From Candidatus Thorarchaeota archaeon (lineage in GTDB: Archaea > Asgardarchaeota > Thorarchaeia > Thorarchaeales > Thorarchaeaceae), in assembly GCA_048882385.1 (NCBI GenBank), contig JBHLRQ010000002.1, positions 1 to 64,000 of the forward strand: DNA of 64,000 nucleotides. Direction: 5' to 3'. The position numbers and the translations under genes were made by a program. This document shows, piece after piece, positions 38,747 through 46,872 of this stretch. Numbering within the stretch: position 1 is the first letter of the stretch; the number at the start of each line of letters is the position of its first letter. The notes below the pieces were generated by a model. The model saw nothing but the letters and a program-made list of their open reading frames with translations. It did not search any database and was not told where the DNA came from.

Positions 38747-40564
38747 TCACAGCCGTTGCCGTGTTACATATGCTCCCAAAGCTATTACAGCTACAACACC
38801 TAGCGACAGTGATGGAACAAAAAACTGCTCCAGCCTAAATTCTGCATAATGCGGGTCTGTTCCATCCTCAAATTCTTTCAAGTTGGAAAAAGAATCACCG
38901 TCTGGGTCCTCGAGTGAATCATCAGTTGTTGGATCAAGATTGTTTTCGATTTCCCACAGATCTGGCATTCCATCAAAATCAGAGTCTGGCTCATTTGGAT
39001 TACAATTGTAAATGTATTCGTCTTTGTTTGAAACGCTATCAGAATCATTGTCGGTAAACGCGTCGTTTGGATCAAGTGGGTCTAGACCATATTGAATCTC
39101 CCAAGGATCTGGAAGTGTATCCGAGTCTGAATCATTGGAATTACGGTTTGTACCAATTATCATTTCTTGACCGTCGTTAATCGAATCTGCATCTGAATCT
39201 AATGAGAAGTACTCTTCATCAAACCAAAACTCTTCGTGGTCAGGAATACCGTTCCAATCAATATCTGTTTCATAAGCAACTTGGATTTCATGACCAACAC
39301 TTTCCTCCCCGTTGTTTACAATGTTCAATCTATAGAGTCCTTGGCCCGGAACATTTTGATTGAATACCTGTCTTGGTTCCCAAGCTGATGCATCGGAATC
39401 TGTCATACTAGCTATCAAGTTGTCATTTGAGTTGTAGAGTCTGAATGCTGTTCCTCCTCCCCACCAACGACTTGTCACATTGATTACAGTGGGTGCACTG
39501 ATGACGAACGAATAATTACGATTTTGACCTGGCCTTAAAGTGAAGCTCAATTCATGAGTTAGCGGTTCTCCATATTTCCTAGCCATGGTGAATGCCATAG
39601 CACCTCCAATTGCTTTCACTGTCTCAGTAGCAACTTGATAATCATAGAGTGGATTATCCCATGTATCCTGAGGTGTGTGGTATGCATTATCATAAGCGCC
39701 GCCACTCTCATGAGCAAACAAGGCTGTATATCCCTTTTGCACAAATGGTGCATGATCTGAATTCTGCCAACCTGAAAAATCACCAGAATTAATTGGTCGA
39801 ATCATGTTGCGACCGTAGGTCTGACTCATAGCTCTCGTCAGGTCTGCCCAGTACCTTCCCTGATAATAGAAGCCTGTTGGATATGCCATGAGAACTTGCT
39901 CGCTAGGTGGAGCGAATGGATCTGGTACGAGTAGCATATCAATATTGTAATACGCCAGGAGTTCAACACCTCGGTTCCTCAGGATTTGAGCTACTTCGGT
40001 ACTTCCAATCAAGCCGATTTCTTCCGCATTCCAAGCACAAAAGTAGATGTCTAAAGGCCAATCATATTTTGACATCACCTTAGCTAGTTCTAATGCTGCC
40101 GCTACACCTGTAGCATCGTCGTTCGCTCCTGCTGATGAAGCAATTGTATCATAATGTCCGCCCACCATTAGAGCAGGTGCGTCCACAGGTAGATAACCAG
40201 GAAGTCTGCCCACAACTGATGCATAATCACCAAGGATCTCCACTTCAATTCTGCCATTAGAAACCTCTTGTAATTCCTTGACAATATAGTTTCTCGCCGC
40301 AATATTGTTTGCACCCAGGTCAGATGGAGTTCGAACAACCCGCGAACCATTCTCAGTAAGTTTAATGATATAGTTGCGATATGAGCTAAGTAAAACTGAA
40401 CTGAATATTTCGCGTGAATAATCCAATCCATAAATCCTCTGAGTTTCTGTTGTAGCAGGAGTATATGTTGTTCTAGAGGATTTTTCCAATACAGCTTGTA
40501 CCCCATTGGTAGGAGTCATAGCAAGGAGCAAGCAAATGAGTAAGATTGGAAGACATCGCTTCAT
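38747..40564 (-). CDS. Membrane-anchored M28 family metallopeptidase with Ca-binding DxDxDG (TSP3-like) repeats
   Basis: Signal peptide; GHYDT, GANDDATG, NAEEIG, NIDM, SDH, YHT; repeats DSD.D.LPD.WE...GLDP; C-terminal TM. Confidence 0.9.
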   Translation of the reverse strand: MKRCLPILLICLLLAMTPTNGVQAVLEKSSRTTYTPATTETQRIYGLDYSREIFSSVLLSSYRNYIIKLTENGSRVVRTPSDLGANNIAARNYIVKELQEVSNGRIEVEILGDYASVVGRLPGYLPVDAPALMVGGHYDTIASSAGANDDATGVAAALELAKVMSKYDWPLDIYFCAWNAEEIGLIGSTEVAQILRNRGVELLAYYNIDMLLVPDPFAPPSEQVLMAYPTGFYYQGRYWADLTRAMSQTYGRNMIRPINSGDFSGWQNSDHAPFVQKGYTALFAHESGGAYDNAYHTPQDTWDNPLYDYQVATETVKAIGGAMAFTMARKYGEPLTHELSFTLRPGQNRNYSFVISAPTVINVTSRWWGGGTAFRLYNSNDNLIASMTDSDASAWEPRQVFNQNVPGQGLYRLNIVNNGEESVGHEIQVAYETDIDWNGIPDHEEFWFDEEYFSLDSDADSINDGQEMIIGTNRNSNDSDSDTLPDPWEIQYGLDPLDPNDAFTDNDSDSVSNKDEYIYNCNPNEPDSDFDGMPDLWEIENNLDPTTDDSLEDPDGDSFSNLKEFEDGTDPHYAEFRLEQFFVPSLSLGVVAVIALGAYVTRQRL

Positions 40565-40577
40565 GTGGTATCCTCTT

Positions 40578-42413
40578 TCAATTCCATGGATCCTCTCGTC
40601 TTCTGATATAAAGAAATACTCCGATTAAAGCAATTACTACTAATGGCGTAGCAAACCACTCTGTCCGTATCTCCATGGGTTCTGGGACTTGTGGATCTGT
40701 ATCATTCAAGTACTCCTCCAGATTGGTAATCCCGTCATTGTCAAAATCAAGATCCGCATCGTTGTTCAGTGGATTAAGTCCATTCTCTAGCTCCCAGAGA
40801 TCTGGCATGAGATCGTTGTCGGAATCTGCAGAGTGCGGATTAAGACCTGCACTATATTCTTGAGCATTGCTCAAACCGTCTGAGTCTGCATCTTCATTGG
40901 CATCAGAAGGATCTCTTGGGTCAAATCCATTATCTACTTCATATTTGTCTGGCAATGTATCACGATCTGAATCACTGTTCATCATGTCAGTACCTAGAAA
41001 CAGTTCTTCAGCATCGCTCAATCCATCAGAATCTTGGTCTGAATCAAAGAGTGCCTCATCAATCCAATACTCGTTTCTATCTAAAATCCCATTTCCATCA
41101 ATATCTGATTCAATAGTCACATCAATTTCCAGTCCTATAGATCTGAAATCATTATTGTGCACAACCAACGTATATTGTCCATTTTGTGACACATATTGAT
41201 TAAACAATTGAGAGTATTCCCATGCTGATGCTGAACTAAATTCTCTTGTAGCAATAATGGATCCCTGTGGATTGAGTAAGTAGAATGATGCTGAGCCGCC
41301 AAACCATCTCGATGAAACGTTCACTATGGTTGGTGTAGATACTGTAATGTAGAACTCCTTCCAATTGTCACTTCCAAGAGTGAAATCATACTCATTGAAT
41401 ACAGGTTTATCTAGCGCACGACTCATTGTGAATGCAATGCTTGCTCCTATTACAGCGGCTGTTTCCTGTCCAAGATAATAGATGTAAGCCCCATTTTCCC
41501 ATCTATCGTATTCATTCTGATATGCTGTGTCATATCCTATACCTGACTCAAATGCACACATCACATTAGTAAAACCCTGTTGATAGAAAGCGTAATGATC
41601 CGAAGATGTCCATAGATAGAAGCTTGAAGAAGGTACTGGAACAATCCTATTCAATCCAATATTCTTGCTCATCTGACGTGCTAGTTCAGCCCAATAACGA
41701 CCCCAATGATAAAGTCCTGGAGCGTATCCAAATTGAATTCTTTCATCAACAGGAACATCAGGTGCCTGGACTAAGAGTGTGTCAACATTGTAAAGCATCA
41801 GGAAATCAATACTTCTATTCCGAAATTCATGAACAACCTCTGGACTGCCTTCCATAGGCAGCATTGTGAAAAGTCCATTGAATGTGATGAAGTAAATGTC
41901 GAGCGGCCAGTCATACATGGAAAGCACTCTCACAAGTTCTAGGACTGCAGCAATACCGCTACCATCACAATTAGCTCCTGGTGATCCTTCTGCAGAATCA
42001 TAATGGGCTGTAATTGCAAAAGCAGGATTATTCCCAGGTAAGTAACCAGGTAGTTTTCCCACAACATTCAGATAATTTCCTATTATTTCGGTTTCAATTC
42101 TCCCGTTAGAGAGCTCTTCGAATTGTTGAATGATGTAGTTCCTTGCATGCATGTTGGGTCCACTTGTTGCTCTGGAGTAGTCTAAAACCCTTCTAGATCC
42201 GTTCTCGGTGAATTTCTGGACAATATTCTCATAATTATGCAGTGAAACCTCGTGGTAAATATCCCTTGAATAATCTTCACCATACACTCTGGTGTATATT
42301 TCTGGTCCACTCTGGGCTTCGATTACTTGTTCTGTGGGCGAAATGGATGTACCTCCGGTTGATGGCATGATTAATAGAAAAATCATGAAACACTGTAGCA
42401 CCAACCGCTTCAT
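40578..42413 (-). CDS. M28 peptidase paralogue with degenerate active site, TSP3-like repeats and C-terminal TM
   Basis: Collinear with neighbour, but GANCDGSG, FNGLFT (no EE) and YQN (no His). Confidence 0.82.
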   Translation of the reverse strand: MKRLVLQCFMIFLLIMPSTGGTSISPTEQVIEAQSGPEIYTRVYGEDYSRDIYHEVSLHNYENIVQKFTENGSRRVLDYSRATSGPNMHARNYIIQQFEELSNGRIETEIIGNYLNVVGKLPGYLPGNNPAFAITAHYDSAEGSPGANCDGSGIAAVLELVRVLSMYDWPLDIYFITFNGLFTMLPMEGSPEVVHEFRNRSIDFLMLYNVDTLLVQAPDVPVDERIQFGYAPGLYHWGRYWAELARQMSKNIGLNRIVPVPSSSFYLWTSSDHYAFYQQGFTNVMCAFESGIGYDTAYQNEYDRWENGAYIYYLGQETAAVIGASIAFTMSRALDKPVFNEYDFTLGSDNWKEFYITVSTPTIVNVSSRWFGGSASFYLLNPQGSIIATREFSSASAWEYSQLFNQYVSQNGQYTLVVHNNDFRSIGLEIDVTIESDIDGNGILDRNEYWIDEALFDSDQDSDGLSDAEELFLGTDMMNSDSDRDTLPDKYEVDNGFDPRDPSDANEDADSDGLSNAQEYSAGLNPHSADSDNDLMPDLWELENGLNPLNNDADLDFDNDGITNLEEYLNDTDPQVPEPMEIRTEWFATPLVVIALIGVFLYIRRREDPWN

Positions 42414-42520
42414 AGTTTCCTGCTCGGAACAAATCCCCTCAAGAAGGTTCTCCTAGAAGCAAATGATGTATTTGAAGCCTTTTTATAGAGTTAGTCCGTG
42501 TTCTAAGAAGTTGAAATCAG

Positions 42521-43795
42521 ATGCCTGTAACAGATTTGCCCTCGGTCCTTAAGATTAAAGATCCAATCCATGGTTATGTGTCACTCACAGCACTAGAAAA
42601 GGGGATTATCGATCTACGTTTGACTCAAAGATTGAGGTATATTCAGGGTCCTGCAGGACTTTCTCTTGTTTATCCGGGAGCAGCAATCTCTCTGATGGGA
42701 CGAACTCTTGGATTCATGTATATGAGTGAGCTCTTCTTTGAGTATCTTGGAGGAGAATTGGATGAGGTTCTCAGTGGTAGGTTAGCATCATTACTCCTTA
42801 TGCTGACAAACGGCCCCTGGGCTAACGTTTCAGAGGAATATCTTACTGTTCGTGGTCTTAATCGACCAAGGATATGCGAGATTATTATCAATGAAACTGA
42901 AGTTGGAGATCTAGTTGAGGAGCATGGGTTCACAAAGTCTGAAGTTGTGAGTTTGATTACTAAAGGGGTCCCAATCAAGGGTGTTTATTTAGACTTGCTT
43001 CATTGTCCAATCAATCCCGAGTTGATTGATGATTTAGAACGTGATTCATACTTTGCAGGAGTTGAATATGCTCAGCTAGAATTTCGAAGACTCTTTTCAT
43101 CAACAAGGATTGCTAAGAACAAGATAGCTGTTGAAAGAGGGTCTCTATTCACACTTGAATCGTATCTATCTGCATCTGCCAATATGTTTGATGCAGTGTA
43201 TTTCCACAAAACTGTGAGAGCTGCAGAACTCATGTTATTGCGGGTTCTTGATGAAGCTGGATCGCAGTTGTTCTCTCTACCGACCGAAGATCCTTCAAAT
43301 TTCTTCTGCTGTGATGACCTGACGTTTCTTCATCGATTGCTTCACGTCGAGCAAGAAGATACAGAGGAGCTGCAGACTGCAAATCGAATCTATAGTGACT
43401 TTAGTAGGAGGAATCTCATTAAACTCGTCAGTTCTAGAGCTCTGTCAGACCCTGTATTTCTTTCTAAGTTGTCAACAGCAGATGGATTGTATGCAATCGA
43501 GAGAGAGATTGCTGAAGGTGCTGGAATTGATCAAAGCAATGTCTACATTGATTTTCCTGATCGACCATCAGTCACCTATTATCCCGGTCGCTTCAACTTG
43601 GAGGACCTTGTACTATTCGAGCGAGGGTCTAGTGGCTATGAGTTTTGGAGAGTAACAGATCTAAGTCCTATGGCAAGAAGCTTCTCAAGGATTTTGAAAC
43701 CAGTTCGTGTCTACACGACTCGAGGGTATAGAACTAAATTGAAAAAATCTGCAGATGCTGTCTTAGAGAGTGTTGATACTGCAGGAAGCAAGTAG
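42521..43795 (+). CDS. SAMHD1/YwfO-like HD-domain dNTPase homologue lacking the HD motif
   Basis: IKDPIHG, QRLRYI, VYPGA, RDSYFAGV.Y, VYFHKTVRAAELML are retained; LLLMLTNGPW replaces LLHDxGHGPF. Confidence 0.8.
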   Translation: MPVTDLPSVLKIKDPIHGYVSLTALEKGIIDLRLTQRLRYIQGPAGLSLVYPGAAISLMGRTLGFMYMSELFFEYLGGELDEVLSGRLASLLLMLTNGPWANVSEEYLTVRGLNRPRICEIIINETEVGDLVEEHGFTKSEVVSLITKGVPIKGVYLDLLHCPINPELIDDLERDSYFAGVEYAQLEFRRLFSSTRIAKNKIAVERGSLFTLESYLSASANMFDAVYFHKTVRAAELMLLRVLDEAGSQLFSLPTEDPSNFFCCDDLTFLHRLLHVEQEDTEELQTANRIYSDFSRRNLIKLVSSRALSDPVFLSKLSTADGLYAIEREIAEGAGIDQSNVYIDFPDRPSVTYYPGRFNLEDLVLFERGSSGYEFWRVTDLSPMARSFSRILKPVRVYTTRGYRTKLKKSADAVLESVDTAGSK

Positions 43796-43846
43796 AACTG
43801 CTTTTCCCCACAATATATAATATCTCTCAGACACTACACGAATCCA

Positions 43847-44347
43847 TTGGTGAGGACATTGAGTGATCAACTAGAAGTGTTTGAACAGATTAAATCATCG
43901 CCAAATTTCTTGCTGATTTTAGTTGGAGCAGTGATTTGGTTTATTGGATATTTCACATGGGTCTTTATGCCAATCTTTGTTGTTCCTGGATTTGCGTTGA
44001 CAATTATTGCTACAGCTCAAGCAGCTATGAGTAGACCAATTTCATCTGCTCTCCCTGGGTTGCTTGTCGGTGGATTGATTCAAATTGGTGGATACCTGGT
44101 CCAGAACGTCATCATCATTGGATGGGTGCTTGGTCCTGCACTGCAAGTCTTTGGTGGAGTCATGCTACTATTCTATGGTTTTTCCATAGCACTACAGAGA
44201 ATTGACATACCCATTGTCAAGAACCTTGAGGATTTCCTAGAAGCCCAACAGAAAAAGGATGAGCCCAAAAGGAAGTCAAAGGTTGAAACTGTTGAAGAGA
44301 TTGAAGAAGAACCTGAGTTAGATGAATCAGACGAAACTGACCAATAA
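43847..44347 (+). CDS. Hypothetical membrane protein (about 4 TM) with acidic tail
   Basis: Hydrophobic N-terminal two-thirds; EEIEEEPELDESDE tail. Confidence 0.65.
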   Translation: MVRTLSDQLEVFEQIKSSPNFLLILVGAVIWFIGYFTWVFMPIFVVPGFALTIIATAQAAMSRPISSALPGLLVGGLIQIGGYLVQNVIIIGWVLGPALQVFGGVMLLFYGFSIALQRIDIPIVKNLEDFLEAQQKKDEPKRKSKVETVEEIEEEPELDESDETDQ

Positions 44348-44446
44348 TAATGGTAAATCCTAGAACCTACCTGAAATTCCCTTAATAGTGAATCTTGAAA
44401 ATCACAACTCAGCAGACAACATCATCTCTTTCAGTGGTGCAAAGTA

Positions 44447-46720
44447 GTGTTTACATGCAAGCGTTGTGGTGACCCACTGTTCATTCATACTGCAGAATTG
44501 AAAGACAAGATTCTGAAAATGAATGTTCAGTGCCTTCGAGGTCACAAAAGTGTTCGGCGGCTTTCTGAGCACCAGGCAATGGAGATGGCTCCTGAGGTCT
44601 TCAAGAGGTTGTATATATGCACAGAGTGTGGGTCGAATATGACCCACATTGAAGAAAGAGGTAATGGGAACAAAATCGAATCCGTTTTTCTATGCCCAAT
44701 CCATGGGCCACAGAAGCGTGAGTTTCCACGAGCTTTTGGTTCAACAGTTGACCTTGTTGGAGCTGATGTAGATAGTCCTCGATCGATAATTGATTCTTTC
44801 AGATGTCCTCAATGTGGCCTCGTATACGCAGTCAATGAGATTGACCAACGTCGTGGAATTCTTGAGGTGGACACTCGTTGTGCAAATGGACACAAGACTA
44901 CAAGGTATTTACCAAGTAGTATTGACACTACCTTGCTGAAGAACATACTTCAGCGAGTTATACATTGTGACAAATGTGGTCTCCCAGGACATATTGTGTC
45001 TTTGGAAAATAAAGGAAATACTACAAGAGTCAATACATCATGTCCAATTCATGGCTTAGCCAAGAAAGATATTCTAAGCACGCAAGTAGATCTGCTTGAA
45101 CAGGCGTTTTCAGAGATTCCAGAAGATGCGGTAGTAAAATCGACATTGACCTCCCATGAATGCCGAAAACCCCTCGCAATTCGTGGGATTGAAGAGGTCA
45201 AACAGGGATACCGCCTCAGATGTATTTGTCCTGGAACAAAATATGCTTCTGACAGAGTACTGCCACTGACATGGAATGAATCTGTTCTGGATCGAATCAC
45301 AAGAGCCATCTTGACTTGTGATGAATGTGGTCATCTAACTCATATTCTAGATAAGAAAAAGAGCAAGAAGAACGTAGATTTCAGAATAGTCTGTCCAATT
45401 CATGGAGTCATGACCCGTGAAGCACCGCCTGATGTTTTCAAGAAAATTCAGAAGTGCGAATCCTCCATTGACAGAATGCCATCTATTGTACGAAGTCTGA
45501 GTTGTGAAAAATGTAGTATGCCTATGAATGTACGAGATGTGGAAGAGAAGAGGGGCCTTATTGAGTTTGATACAGAATGTCGCAATGGTCATCGAAGCAA
45601 CAGACTATTCATACCTGGACTTGATCAGGAAACTCTCTCAGGATTATACAAAAGGCTCTACCAATGTCCTGAATGTTATGAGTCACTTGATTTAGTCTAC
45701 ATTGAACCGCGTGGAAGGGAAGATAGAGTTGTTCTGTTATGTTCTTTACATGGCAAGACTGTATTAGACATTCCCCCAGACCACGCCGAGGCTATGCAAA
45801 GAGCCTACAATGAAATGCAAGAAGATAAGATAAAACCTCCAACCGAAGCACCCGCGCTGGATTCTTCAGAATCATTGGAAGTTTCAGCTGCAATGCAAGA
45901 TTCAGATGCAGGTGTGCAAGTACTACGAGGATGTGAAATCGTTGGAGGAAAATTCGACTATAAAGTCAAAATCAAGAATGATAGTGGATATGTAATCACA
46001 AATGTCACAGTAAGTATTGTTGCTTATCCTCAAGATTGTATGGAGCTTGCAGGAGAAACCGTGAAGACAATCTCTCGGATTGAAGTTGGTGGTTTCCGAA
46101 GTCCTCAGTTCACGCTCTATCCTACAAAAGACTGTGTACAAGGAAAAGTGGTAGCTACGGTTTCTTATATTGACTTTCTCGATCAGTTACACACCGTTAA
46201 CGTGGAGCCCTATCTGATAAGGTCTGTGTGTGATCTCCTTCAACCATTGAAAGAAACATCTGATGCATTCGAACTTGTCCTCACAGGACTGGAGAAAACC
46301 CAGCAGGAACAGACATTGGATTGGAATCCACAAGTATTGTATACAAAGGCTGAGAAGATACTCCCCGCCAAGAACTTCCATATCATTGATGCTGATGAGG
46401 AAATCATCGCTGGTGAGTTCATAGGAACCATCAGAGGATATGCTGAAGGCAAGTATACTCAAAATAAGGTGGCAGTCATATTACTCATCAGTGGACCCGA
46501 AAATGGAAGACATGCTAATGTGAGAGTTGAAGCATTGGGAGAAGACGCAGCAATGCTTCCTACTACAATCGACGAATTAGCAGACACAATGGACTCTTGG
46601 GTTTGCTTGAGGTGTGGAGCTCCACTCGAGGTTGAGCAAGTAGAAGAGATGGGAAAGCGATTTCCAATTCGCTGCAAATACTGTACTCATACGCTTACAA
46701 TAGCACTGTATATGCAATAG
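44447..46720 (+). CDS. Octa-repeat C3H metal-ribbon protein with adaptin/COPI appendage-like Ig+platform domain and C-terminal Zn ribbon
   Basis: 8 modules CxxC-x21-Cxx(GH/HG); YKVKIKNDSGYVITNVTVSI...VSY.D, DLLQPL; CLRC..CKYC. Confidence 0.75.
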   Translation: MFTCKRCGDPLFIHTAELKDKILKMNVQCLRGHKSVRRLSEHQAMEMAPEVFKRLYICTECGSNMTHIEERGNGNKIESVFLCPIHGPQKREFPRAFGSTVDLVGADVDSPRSIIDSFRCPQCGLVYAVNEIDQRRGILEVDTRCANGHKTTRYLPSSIDTTLLKNILQRVIHCDKCGLPGHIVSLENKGNTTRVNTSCPIHGLAKKDILSTQVDLLEQAFSEIPEDAVVKSTLTSHECRKPLAIRGIEEVKQGYRLRCICPGTKYASDRVLPLTWNESVLDRITRAILTCDECGHLTHILDKKKSKKNVDFRIVCPIHGVMTREAPPDVFKKIQKCESSIDRMPSIVRSLSCEKCSMPMNVRDVEEKRGLIEFDTECRNGHRSNRLFIPGLDQETLSGLYKRLYQCPECYESLDLVYIEPRGREDRVVLLCSLHGKTVLDIPPDHAEAMQRAYNEMQEDKIKPPTEAPALDSSESLEVSAAMQDSDAGVQVLRGCEIVGGKFDYKVKIKNDSGYVITNVTVSIVAYPQDCMELAGETVKTISRIEVGGFRSPQFTLYPTKDCVQGKVVATVSYIDFLDQLHTVNVEPYLIRSVCDLLQPLKETSDAFELVLTGLEKTQQEQTLDWNPQVLYTKAEKILPAKNFHIIDADEEIIAGEFIGTIRGYAEGKYTQNKVAVILLISGPENGRHANVRVEALGEDAAMLPTTIDELADTMDSWVCLRCGAPLEVEQVEEMGKRFPIRCKYCTHTLTIALYMQ

Positions 46721-46872
46721 AGGTTTTTACTTACAAGAAATATCGTGAAATGTTATTACAGATAATCGAAAATTGCCCAGAAATACCAATTTCATCAGCT
46801 ACGTAATACCTTTTAGGGACTTCCGCACATGACGAATAGTTTCATCGCCGCGTGCCAAGGTGGAGGAGAAGC

